A stretch of DNA of 64,000 bases from Eubacteriales bacterium (GCA_045649265.1 JAZRPO010000006.1:245-64244), one strand, 5' to 3'. Positions 7,728 to 16,469 are shown, counted from the stretch's first letter. A program made the numbers and translations. Notes: generated from the letters alone by a model not told the origin.

Positions 7728-9050
7728 TTATTTCAGCAAATCGTAGGTCATGCCGCAAAAAACCTTAACAGACTTGGTTAAATAACTTTCGTCAAAGTCA
7801 AAATTGCTGTGGTGAGCTTTAGCTGCGAGCGGACTGCGCACGCGCATGAATGAACCCTGGCCGCCGTGGCTCTGCACGCGGTTTATCATATAGGAGAAGT
7901 CTTCACTGCCGCCGAGCTTGACGGTGAGATTCTTTGAAACCTTCATGCCAAGCTTGTTTGCGCACACATCTGCGATGCGCTCGCACAACTGCAGATCACT
8001 GTTCAAAGATTCTGCAGCGCCCATAAGTTTCACTTCCACAGTACAGTCGTGCATTGCTGCCGAGTTCTCCAAAATGCGCATAGCATAATCGTTTACATAC
8101 TCATTAATGGCTGTGGTATCACCACGCACTTCCATTTCCATAAATGCTTCGTCTGCAATAACGTTGCGACCGCTGCCTGCAATGAGCCTGCCGACGTTAA
8201 TTCGGGTTGCTCCTGCAGAATGCCTGGGGATTGCATAGAGATTCATTACGGCGCCTGCTGCAGCAAGCAACGCGTTTTTACCCAATTGGGGGTTTCCACT
8301 GGCATGAGATGCCTTACCACGAAAGGTAACGTCGTACTTGAATGAAGCGAGCGAACCGAAAGAGCCTGGAGTAATATCGCTATCATCAATACCAGTATCG
8401 GTAGTGTGGCTTGCTAATAAATAGTCAACATGATCCAAATGCCCTGCGCCAACGATTGACTTTGCACCACGGACACCCTCCTCGCTGGGCTGGAAAATCA
8501 GTTTGACCGTGCCGTGCAGATGTTCCTTAATTTGCATAAGCACTTTGGCAACACCCAGACCTGAAGCGGCATGGCCGTCGTGGCCGCAGGCGTGCATAGC
8601 ACCGGCATTCACAGAGGCAAAGCCCTCCTTTGCAGGGATATGGTCATCTTCCATAGACTCATTAACTCCGAGTGCGTCAATATCAAAGCGCATCGCAACC
8701 GTGGGGCCCTCACCGCAACGAAGGATTCCGATCACGCCTGTAAACCCCCCTTCGGTTGCTTTGACAAACTCCGGATCTGCGCCCTGCTCAATAGCGCGGG
8801 CATAACACTTTGTGAGCATCTGATGCGAAGGTACGCCCATACGCTCGTCCTTCTTACACACATCTTGACCGACAACGACTTCGTATCCAAGTTGCGTAAG
8901 TTTTCTTGCAATAATGGATGATGTACGCATTTCCAGCCAGCCTGTTTCTGCGTGTTTGTGGAAATCGCGGCGCAAATCAATCATCTCAGGAGTCACAGCT
9001 TCGGCCTTTTCAACAATGGTCTGATAGATATTCATAATAACCCTCTCCAT
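7728..9050 (-). CDS. M20-family amidohydrolase / metallopeptidase (AbgA/hippurate hydrolase-like)
   Basis: 440 aa. MHACGHDGH metal-binding motif, FQPSEEG, and an M20 dimerisation-domain pattern are present. Confidence 0.75.
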   Translation of the reverse strand: MERVIMNIYQTIVEKAEAVTPEMIDLRRDFHKHAETGWLEMRTSSIIARKLTQLGYEVVVGQDVCKKDERMGVPSHQMLTKCYARAIEQGADPEFVKATEGGFTGVIGILRCGEGPTVAMRFDIDALGVNESMEDDHIPAKEGFASVNAGAMHACGHDGHAASGLGVAKVLMQIKEHLHGTVKLIFQPSEEGVRGAKSIVGAGHLDHVDYLLASHTTDTGIDDSDITPGSFGSLASFKYDVTFRGKASHASGNPQLGKNALLAAAGAVMNLYAIPRHSAGATRINVGRLIAGSGRNVIADEAFMEMEVRGDTTAINEYVNDYAMRILENSAAMHDCTVEVKLMGAAESLNSDLQLCERIADVCANKLGMKVSKNLTVKLGGSEDFSYMINRVQSHGGQGSFMRVRSPLAAKAHHSNFDFDESYLTKSVKVFCGMTYDLLK

Positions 9051-9086
9051 ACTTCGTGGTTGTTTTGCTATTTTGTGTTCAATTTA

Positions 9087-10382
9087 TTAAAAGCGGATAT
9101 AACCTACACCATCGACAATTTCAATCTCCGTTCCGTACGGTTTGGAGAGCTCTGCCAGGTATTTGAGCGTAGCTTCGCTCTTGTTCATTACCGGGCGACC
9201 CTTCTGGGATCTGGATTTTTCCATGTTAAGGGTTACGGGGTAAAGCTGGACTTCGGTAATTTTGCCGTCTTCCATAGTCCATGCCGCCATAACGGAGTTC
9301 CATATCTCAGGCAATGTGCCGTATCCCGCAGTTCCGTTCTTACTGCGAAGGTCCATATATTCGCCAACCTTCATTTCAGGGCTGTAGCCTTTATTGACAT
9401 AAGCATCCCAGGGTTGATATTCGACGGTTTCCGTTTCAAATATGTAATTGCCGATAGAATAGAATATCAAACCGTCCTTATATCTCTCGATGCCCTGAAG
9501 TTCATGGGGACCGTGTCCGATAATGACATCTGCACCTGCATCGATGCAGTTATGTGCAAATGTCTCAATGAATTGTGAAGGAAGGTTAGTCTGTCTTTCG
9601 TCGTAGTAGTGGCTATGGATGCTTACCAAAACAATATCGGCCTGTTTTTTCGCTTCCTTGATTCGCTTGACCATACGTTCCATGTCTCCTGCATGGGGAA
9701 CAGATTCCACCCAGCATCGGTCGTCAAGAATAAAGCGGCTGGAACCGAAGGGGAACTGCCCTTCCGGATAGGGTGCAGAGTAGCCGAGTGCAATGCTGCG
9801 CTCAGCAGACGCATTGATTTTGGTGATTTCTGCAAGCTCTTGAACCATATCAAAATGAGATTTATCCACATGGAATCGTTTCAGACAACGCATTGGGTTT
9901 GCACCGGGACGTCCGGGAAGGTCCTCGGTCTGAGCACCCGCACGGGCAGAATCGTTCGAGGAGGAATTGCATGCGAGCATAGCAACGCGAGCATGTTTTG
10001 TTTCTATATAGCACGCCTTAGAGGCATCGCCCAGGTCCTTGCCAGTACCGGCAAAGATCATATCCCGCTTTTTCAGATGTTCAATTGTGGCAAGCACACC
10101 ACTCTGGCTATAATCACAGGAATGGTTGTTGGCTGTGTTGAAAATGTTAAAGCCATATTCTTTCATATCGTCAAGAATGCGGGGGTCGGACATGGCCCAT
10201 GTACCACCGCTGGTGGCTGACGGAATACCCTCACGGTCGTGAAATGTGCTTTCCAAATTCAAAAATGCGACATCGTGTGCTTTTACGCAGGCCTGCACTT
10301 CATCAAACCCCTCATAACCGCCCTTGGGAAGGCGTTTTGTGGCGAATGCATCGCCTGCTGCGATAAATGTTGTTTTTGCCAT
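9087..10382 (-). CDS. CapA-family protein (metallophosphatase fold, poly-gamma-glutamate capsule synthesis-like)
   Basis: FIAAGD...NLES...ANNHSCDY...SIHSHYY...GHGPHELQGIE is the typical CapA/PGA_cap order of motifs. I prefer the ATG at 10382 (MAKTTFIAAGD), which has an AAAGAGG RBS, over the ORF-track start at 10430. Confidence 0.75.
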   Translation of the reverse strand: MAKTTFIAAGDAFATKRLPKGGYEGFDEVQACVKAHDVAFLNLESTFHDREGIPSATSGGTWAMSDPRILDDMKEYGFNIFNTANNHSCDYSQSGVLATIEHLKKRDMIFAGTGKDLGDASKACYIETKHARVAMLACNSSSNDSARAGAQTEDLPGRPGANPMRCLKRFHVDKSHFDMVQELAEITKINASAERSIALGYSAPYPEGQFPFGSSRFILDDRCWVESVPHAGDMERMVKRIKEAKKQADIVLVSIHSHYYDERQTNLPSQFIETFAHNCIDAGADVIIGHGPHELQGIERYKDGLIFYSIGNYIFETETVEYQPWDAYVNKGYSPEMKVGEYMDLRSKNGTAGYGTLPEIWNSVMAAWTMEDGKITEVQLYPVTLNMEKSRSQKGRPVMNKSEATLKYLAELSKPYGTEIEIVDGVGYIRF

Positions 10383-10550
10383 AACATAATACCTCTTTCG
10401 TTTATAATGATCGTATATAAAACTATTCACTTCAATTTGAAAAAACTTAATAAAATGCTGAATAATTATAAATTAAAACATGAAATTTGTCAACGCAAAG
10501 GGAGCTTTTTGCGACAGCAACAATATAACTTAAAGTATGTTTAATGTGTT

Positions 10551-11576
10551 TTACTTATCGGTTTCTTTGTAATTTGAAAGGGGATTTGCTTTAGCGGCTG
10601 TGCGAAGAGTTTCACTATCGGCATGAGTGTAAATCTCGGTTGTGTTCAAATGCTCATGGCCGAGAACCTCCTGAACAGCCTTGACATCAACACCGTTTTT
10701 ATACATAAGTGTTGCAGATGTGTGCCGGAGTTTATGAACTGATATCTTTGAATCAAGCCCTGCAAAGGTGCAATATTTCTTTACAAGCCATTTGACGGTT
10801 GATGTGCTAATTCTGTTACCATTTCTGCTTATAAATAGCGCTTTTTCGTCTTTTTGACGAATTTTTGAAATTTTTGAACGTTCTTCTAGGTACGCAGAAA
10901 TTGCATTTTGTGTAGCATCATTAAGATAAACAACACGTTCTTTTTGGCCTTTACCGATAACTCTGAGAGTTTCTTCTTTAATGTCGCCAATATTTATTCC
11001 ACAAAGCTCTGAAACACGCAAGCCACAGTTCAAAAACAGCATTACAATGCAGAAATCGCGGGTTTTATATTCGCCCTGAATATTTTCAAGAAGCCTAACA
11101 CTTTCGTCATATGTAAGGTAATGCGGAAGCTTTGTGCGGCTTTTTGGAAATTCAAGCTCTGCCATGGGATTTTCTGAAATTCTGCCGGTTTTCTGCAAAT
11201 ACTTATAAAAGGTACGTAAAGATGAAACTTTGCGGGCTCTGGCAGCGGGAGAGAGCCCATAGTCGGAATAGGAGCTGTTATGAAACTTTTTTCGCTCTGT
11301 GGACAGATAATCAAAATATTCATAAACATCCGTGATTTTAATTCTTTTAATAAAATCAATATCGATATCTGAAATTTCTATATGATTAATTCCAGTTTCT
11401 TCAGAAAACTTATCCATACCAAAAACTATTTTAACATATTTAAAAAAGGTTCTTAAATCCAAAAGATATTCATTGATTGTTCCTTCGGATTTATCATTAA
11501 TTGTATGCATATAATTTGCAAATTCACGAACAAGCGCCGGCATCTTATTTAAATCTTCACGCTTCATTAAAAACAC
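10551..11576 (-). CDS. Tyrosine site-specific recombinase, XerC/XerD-like
   Basis: An N-terminal SAM-like core-binding domain is present. The catalytic set is in order: R (GLRVSEL), HKLRHT, GHEHLNTT, IYTH. It cannot be decided from sequence alone whether it is the chromosomal dif recombinase or an island integrase. Confidence 0.8.
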   Translation of the reverse strand: MFLMKREDLNKMPALVREFANYMHTINDKSEGTINEYLLDLRTFFKYVKIVFGMDKFSEETGINHIEISDIDIDFIKRIKITDVYEYFDYLSTERKKFHNSSYSDYGLSPAARARKVSSLRTFYKYLQKTGRISENPMAELEFPKSRTKLPHYLTYDESVRLLENIQGEYKTRDFCIVMLFLNCGLRVSELCGINIGDIKEETLRVIGKGQKERVVYLNDATQNAISAYLEERSKISKIRQKDEKALFISRNGNRISTSTVKWLVKKYCTFAGLDSKISVHKLRHTSATLMYKNGVDVKAVQEVLGHEHLNTTEIYTHADSETLRTAAKANPLSNYKETDK

Positions 11577-11632
11577 CGCTTTTCCTTAATATATTATTAT
11601 AATAGCACATACAGCGCCGTAATTCAATACCC

Positions 11633-11666
11633 CGAATTGAACAAAATTTTTATTTTGTTCAATTCG
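11633..11666. repeat. Perfect 15-bp inverted repeat (4-nt loop) upstream of the recombinase gene
   Basis: CGAATTGAACAAAAT (11633-11647), TTTT, ATTTTGTTCAATTCG (11652-11666). Neither side has a flanking U-tract. Related AATTCAA/TTGAATC half-site-like words occur at about 11621 and about 11674. Confidence 0.7.
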
Positions 11667-11717
11667 AGATGCGTTGAATCGAACAATATATTTAAGCCCC
11701 CCACTCTCAATTCCTGT

Positions 11718-12902
11718 TTAATTTCTTCGCAAAGCCTTTATCGGATCCAGACGCGCAGCTTTTATTGCCGGTAAAATTGAAAACACAATTCCAAACAAAA
11801 CAGAGACTCCTTCAGAAACCAACAATGTTATTAAATTAAATTCATATTTTAGTTTTAATAGATTTGAAATTACATTTCCTAAGAATATTCCGATTCCTGC
11901 TCCTAACAATCCTCCTGATAAAGAGATTAAAATTGCTTCAGTAAGAAAACAAATTAAAATATCCTGAAACCTCGCCCCTATTGCCATACAAACCCCAATT
12001 TCCCTTCTGCGCTCTGTACAAGAGGAAAACATTGAATTCATTATACCTATTCCTGCAACGCACAATGCAATGCTTGCTATTGCCGTAATTACTAATGAAA
12101 TCAGACCTGTTATCGAGCTTATTTCTTCCATTTGTGATGAAACATTTTCTGCTGAAAAAACGTTTTCGCCCTTTATTTTATTTATATAATTTGCAAAATT
12201 TTCGCCATTATTAGCTTTTTTTGAAGATTTTATAGCGATTTGCGTGATTTCCATCGAATCTCTTATTTGATTCAGTGTTGTATACGGTAAATAAACAAAA
12301 TCTGGTATATTATTACCAAAAAGTTTATTAATACCGTCTTTTTGTGATTTTATAACGCCGATTATTTTGAATTTTTCACTTTTTCCGTTAATTTGAACAG
12401 AGATTTCTTTTCCGACAACATTCGTTCTTTTATATGTTTTCAGCGCTAATTCATCATCTATGATTGCAATGCGCTTATTTGCGCGAACTTCACTTTCGTT
12501 GGGAATTCTGCCATGAAGAATTTTCACATCATAAACAGAATCAGCCGCCCCCCCGACACCTAATAAAACAGTGTTTCCTTGTTGTTGATTCATTTTATAC
12601 GTTCCTATTTCAAGAACAACAGGGATGGCAGCTTCTATTTCACTGAATCTCTTTTTTAGTCTTTCGGCATCCTCTGCAACCAATATGCTTTCTCCTTTAC
12701 CTTCGCTTTTATATACGGTAAGCCCATCTAATCCAAGTTTTTTAAGCTCTCGTATAATTACAGCTTCACCGCTTGAGCCGATTGAAGAAACAAGCAAAAC
12801 GGAGGCTATGCCTATTGTTATGGAAAGCATCGTGAGCACAGTTCTCATTTTTCCTCTGAAAGCATTGATTGCCGATAATTTTAAAACATCAAAAAATAAC
12901 AT
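11718..12902 (-). CDS. ABC transporter permease, MacB/FtsX type
   Basis: 394 aa. An N-terminal TM is followed by a large extracytoplasmic domain and a C-terminal FtsX-like 3-TM bundle. The start overlaps the adaptor stop by 1 nt (TAATG). Confidence 0.8.
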   Translation of the reverse strand: MLFFDVLKLSAINAFRGKMRTVLTMLSITIGIASVLLVSSIGSSGEAVIIRELKKLGLDGLTVYKSEGKGESILVAEDAERLKKRFSEIEAAIPVVLEIGTYKMNQQQGNTVLLGVGGAADSVYDVKILHGRIPNESEVRANKRIAIIDDELALKTYKRTNVVGKEISVQINGKSEKFKIIGVIKSQKDGINKLFGNNIPDFVYLPYTTLNQIRDSMEITQIAIKSSKKANNGENFANYINKIKGENVFSAENVSSQMEEISSITGLISLVITAIASIALCVAGIGIMNSMFSSCTERRREIGVCMAIGARFQDILICFLTEAILISLSGGLLGAGIGIFLGNVISNLLKLKYEFNLITLLVSEGVSVLFGIVFSILPAIKAARLDPIKALRRN

Positions 12903-13900
12903 TATTCCCTCACTGATACAGTAACTTGCATTCCTTCTTTTAAATTCTCATCCGGATTGAAGATTATTCTGTTCTTTTTATTTACCCCTGATATAATTTC
13001 CACTTCGTTTTCAAGTTCGTGCCCTGTCTTTATTAAATGTTTTCTGGCTGTATTATCGTTCTCGACGCAAAAGACAAACTCATTGCCGTTTTCATCCTGT
13101 CTTATGCACTCATACGGGAGTATAAGGGCATTTTTTATGGTATTTACCGTTATTTTTGCATTGACGGTAAGTTCGGGTATAAAGAGTTTATTGCTTGAAT
13201 TTGGGCGTATTACGGCGCTGATAAAGGTCTTCCCCTCTCCTGTTATAGACGGAATATATGTTGCTGTGGGTTTTATTGATTCGATTTTTCCCGAATAAAC
13301 ATTTTCGCCAAAGGCTTCAGCACTTATTTTTGCATCCGTTCCGGGTTTAATTTTTGTTGAATATGCCTCAGGTATCATTGTTTCTATATACAGATTTGAA
13401 AAATCAGAAACGCTGATCGCTTTTTTAATAGGAGCAATGTTTTCACCCATTTTGATATTTAAATCAGTAATAATCCCATCTATCGGGCTACTGATTATAT
13501 TTTTTTCACTTGAAATATAAGAAAACGAGCTTATATCAGGAATTTCTATTCCGTATTCCTTAAAAACTTCATAAATTTCACTTGTATTTAAGTTGTTTTC
13601 AACATCATTAAAAACCTCTTCGGAAATCTCTTCAACCTCAAATAACGGGTCACCTTGATTAACGCTCTGTCCCTCATCGACAAAAACATCTTTTACTTGC
13701 GAAAGATGTTTAACATATATGTCTTTCCTGTTCCCCTCTTTTATTCGTCCTTCAGCATTTATATGGTCTGTAATATTTTTTTCTATCGGATATACTGCTG
13801 TTACATTAATCTCATCAGTTGATGTTTTGTTCGGTGCATTAAGATGCATAATTGAAATGATTGCAAGAGTAACAACAATAAGAGTAATATTTTTTTTCAT
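12902..13900 (-). CDS. Efflux periplasmic adaptor subunit (HlyD/MacA family)
   Basis: Signal/anchor helix, a lipoyl-like motif (VDEGQSVNQGDPLFEV; SPIDGIITDLNIKMGENI) and a beta-barrel C-terminal part are present. Confidence 0.75.
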   Translation of the reverse strand: MKKNITLIVVTLAIISIMHLNAPNKTSTDEINVTAVYPIEKNITDHINAEGRIKEGNRKDIYVKHLSQVKDVFVDEGQSVNQGDPLFEVEEISEEVFNDVENNLNTSEIYEVFKEYGIEIPDISSFSYISSEKNIISSPIDGIITDLNIKMGENIAPIKKAISVSDFSNLYIETMIPEAYSTKIKPGTDAKISAEAFGENVYSGKIESIKPTATYIPSITGEGKTFISAVIRPNSSNKLFIPELTVNAKITVNTIKNALILPYECIRQDENGNEFVFCVENDNTARKHLIKTGHELENEVEIISGVNKKNRIIFNPDENLKEGMQVTVSVRE

Positions 13901-13970
13901 TTCACCCTCCGAAAGAAAGAATAAATAACAATTTTACGCAAATAACTATAAAAAAAGAGGTGGGAAATTT

Positions 13971-14180
13971 ATGAGCATAATTCCCTGCATAAGTAAATGC
14001 AAATTTCAAAAAAACGGAATTTGTGTACTTGAAAGCACAAATTATTACGTTACTTCGCTTAACTGCGGATGTGTTTATTATGTCCCGAAAGACGAATGTA
14101 AATACAAAAAAGCTTCAAGTAAGAAGGATGGAAACCTTTTAAAAGTAGCTGGGCTAATTAATATGCACACCAAAAGTTAG
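13971..14180 (+). CDS. Small cysteine-rich hypothetical protein (69 aa)
   Basis: ATG follows a strong AGAGGTGGG RBS. There are 6 Cys in the first 43 residues (C6, C10, C18, C32, C34, C43) and a Lys-rich tail. It is divergent from the adaptor/permease operon. Coding status is inferred. Confidence 0.45.
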   Translation: MSIIPCISKCKFQKNGICVLESTNYYVTSLNCGCVYYVPKDECKYKKASSKKDGNLLKVAGLINMHTKS

Positions 14181-14213
14181 ACGTTTTTAAAGATAAATAT
14201 TTACATTATACAA

Positions 14214-14251
14214 CTAAAAGCAATGAGTCCGGTATTGTTACCGGACTCATT
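14214..14251 (-). terminator. Terminator hairpin downstream of ldh
   Basis: A 13-bp stem, AATGAGTCCGGTA (14222-14234) / TACCGGACTCATT (14239-14251), has a short U-run on the minus-strand side. Confidence 0.55.
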
Positions 14252-14322
14252 CACTGACAATTCAATATTTAATTCGTCTAAATTTTGATGTTAACATCAT
14301 CTCGCTGCTTTGCTTTTGAGAT

Positions 14323-15267
14323 TTACATGCACTGCTCAAGAACTCGCTTGCATGTTTCTGCTGATTTTCTGAAGAGAGCACATTCATCTTCAGTAATAGC
14401 AGGAATTAAAACTTTTTTCGCCCCACTTGAACCAATAATCGTAGGAAGAGAGAGAGCAACATCATATACTCCGAGTTCTCCGTTGAGAACTGTGGTGACT
14501 GTTCTTATTGTATCGCTGTCTCTCATGAGTGAATCAACAAGCGTCTCTACACAAACCGCTACACCGTAGTAAGTAGCGCCTTTTCTCTTTATAATCTCTG
14601 CTCCCCCGGTTTTAATTTGTTCAAGCACGTCAAATTTCAATTGATCATTTAAATTGATTTGGTTCGCTGCGCAATAATCATCAATCTGGATTCCTGCGAT
14701 ATGGGTGTTGCTCCAGACAGGAACCTGAGAATCTCCGTGTTCCCCAATGATGTAACTGTGAATATTGGTACAGTCTATCCCTGTGATTGAAGCAAGTGCA
14801 CTACGAAAACGAATAGAATCCAGAGTTGTACCGCTTCCGAGAACCATTCCTTTGGGAAGGCCCGTCCACTTCTGAATCATATATGTCAGAATATCAACGG
14901 GGTTTGCTACAACAAGGATAACACCACCATTGTAGTACTTCATAATGTTCTCGGTGATATTTCTTGCGATAGCCGTATTCTTGCGAGCAAGATCAAGGCG
15001 AGTTTCACCGGGCTTTCTGTTTGCGCCCGCTGTAACAACAATAACGTTACAGTCCTTGACACAAGAATAATCCCCGGCATAAACATCCATATCCCCGATA
15101 AAAGGAAGAGCATGAGAAATGTCTGCAGCCTCACCAATTGCTTTGTCAATGTTCGTATCAATTAAAACGAGCTCAGAACATGTCTTTTTGAGTGCGAGTG
15201 TAAAAGCTGAAGCGGCACCTACAAAGCCGGCACCGATTATGGCTACCTTGGATTTTCTTTTTTTCAT
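14323..15267 (-). CDS. ldh: L-lactate dehydrogenase
   Basis: VAIIGAGFVGAA Rossmann motif, IIGEHGDS catalytic-His motif, about 314 aa. I prefer the ATG at 15267 (MKKRKSKVAIIG). Confidence 0.9.
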   Translation of the reverse strand: MKKRKSKVAIIGAGFVGAASAFTLALKKTCSELVLIDTNIDKAIGEAADISHALPFIGDMDVYAGDYSCVKDCNVIVVTAGANRKPGETRLDLARKNTAIARNITENIMKYYNGGVILVVANPVDILTYMIQKWTGLPKGMVLGSGTTLDSIRFRSALASITGIDCTNIHSYIIGEHGDSQVPVWSNTHIAGIQIDDYCAANQINLNDQLKFDVLEQIKTGGAEIIKRKGATYYGVAVCVETLVDSLMRDSDTIRTVTTVLNGELGVYDVALSLPTIIGSSGAKKVLIPAITEDECALFRKSAETCKRVLEQCM

Positions 15268-15334
15268 GATTGCTCCCACATTCTTTCACTTAAAATTGAC
15301 ATACTCATATTCTGCTCAAAAGATACATAAATAT

Positions 15335-15688
15335 TCATATCTTGGATTTAGCAAGCTCAACAAGTGCAGTGAATGCCGCAGGATCGTTATGAGCCATATC
15401 TGCAAGCATCTTACGGTTAATGTCAACGTTTGCTTTTTTAAGACCATTCATAAAGCGGGAATAGTTCATTCCATTCATCTTTGCAGCTGCAGAAATTCTG
15501 GTGATCCAAAGACGGCGGAAATCACGCTTTTTGCGTTTACGGCCAACATAAGCATATGTCAAAGACTTCATGACAGCCTGATTAGCCATCTTAAAGTGTT
15601 TGGATTTAGCACCCCAATAGCCCTTTGCGAGCTTTAAAATCTTTTTTCTTCTTTTGCGCGTCATCATTGCGCCTTTAACTCTAGCCAT
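15335..15688 (-). CDS. rplT: 50S ribosomal protein L20
   Basis: [29 protein letters not shown] is canonical L20. Confidence 0.95.
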   Translation of the reverse strand: MARVKGAMMTRKRRKKILKLAKGYWGAKSKHFKMANQAVMKSLTYAYVGRKRKKRDFRRLWITRISAAAKMNGMNYSRFMNGLKKANVDINRKMLADMAHNDPAAFTALVELAKSKI

Positions 15689-15715
15689 TATAAAAAACCT
15701 CCTGTTACGTAAATC

Positions 15716-15913
15716 TTAATTGTAAGGAACTAAACGCTTGAGAGTTGCTTCATTAGCCGGCGAAGCATATGCTGCCTGGCGGAGGCCTCTCTTGAGTTTC
15801 GTGCTCTTCTTGTTCAAGATGTGACGGCGATTTGCACGATTGATTTTTACCTTGCCGTTTTTTGTAACCTTGAAGCGCTTTGATGCACCACTGTGTGTTT
15901 TAATCTTTGGCAT
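15716..15913 (-). CDS. rpmI: 50S ribosomal protein L35
   Basis: [21 protein letters not shown] is canonical L35. Confidence 0.95.
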   Translation of the reverse strand: MPKIKTHSGASKRFKVTKNGKVKINRANRRHILNKKSTKLKRGLRQAAYASPANEATLKRLVPYN

Positions 15914-15941
15914 TTTTATTTCTCCTCTCGTTTATTGATTA

Positions 15942-16469
15942 TTAATTTGATTTTGGCGGAAACTTTGACGTAAGAAACATAATCATCTGTCGCCCTTCAA
16001 ACTTCGGAAGCTTGTCAACGTTGCTGAATTCTGAGCATCCGTCAGCAAAGCGATTAAGAAGGTCTGTTCCGAGATTCGTATGAGCAAGCTCACGCCCTTT
16101 GAAGCGGACGGCAACTTTAACCTTGCATCCTGCTTTCAAGAAACGGATAGCATTATTCATTTTAACTTCAAAGTCATGTACATCAATGCTCGGAGTCATT
16201 CTGACCTCCTTTACATCAATAACACGCTGATTTTTGCGTGCTTCCTTTTCTTTCTTTTCCTGCTCAAATTTAAACTTGCCGTAATCCATAATTCTGCATA
16301 CAGGCGGCACAGCCTGCGGAGCAATCTTGACAAGGTCAAGCCCGCTTTCGTCGGCTAATTTCAAAGCTTCAGCTGCTGAAACGATGCCGACCTGGTTCCC
16401 TTCTGCATCAATAAGCCGGATTTCTTTGTCGCGAATCTCTTCGTTGATTTGATGTTCTAACTTGCTGAT
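15942..16469 (-). CDS. infC: Translation initiation factor IF-3, non-canonical ATC start
   Basis: The ORF-track version (TTG at 16364) lacks the N-domain. The frame stays open upstream and encodes ISKLEHQINEEIRDKEIRLIDAEGNQVG (IF-3 N-domain). An in-frame stop lies at 16490-16488, and no ATG/GTG/TTG lies between it and that motif. ATC at 16469 lies 9 nt after GGAGG. Confidence 0.8.
   Translation of the reverse strand: MSKLEHQINEEIRDKEIRLIDAEGNQVGIVSAAEALKLADESGLDLVKIAPQAVPPVCRIMDYGKFKFEQEKKEKEARKNQRVIDVKEVRMTPSIDVHDFEVKMNNAIRFLKAGCKVKVAVRFKGRELAHTNLGTDLLNRFADGCSEFSNVDKLPKFEGRQMIMFLTSKFPPKSN

Noticed and set aside
8952-10220. Plus-strand ORFs of 208 aa and 203 aa (8952..9578 and 9609..10220), plus others at 8049-8921.
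   Set aside because: They lie antisense within the CapA-family and M20 genes, which have clear motif support. They have no motifs or RBS of their own.
10551-11576. Calling the tyrosine recombinase a phage or ICE integrase that marks a mobile element.
   Set aside because: No flanking phage, conjugation or excisionase genes are present and I found no att-like direct repeats. The protein has the size and motif layout of XerC/XerD-type chromosomal recombinases. I kept this only as a hedged hypothesis in the findings.
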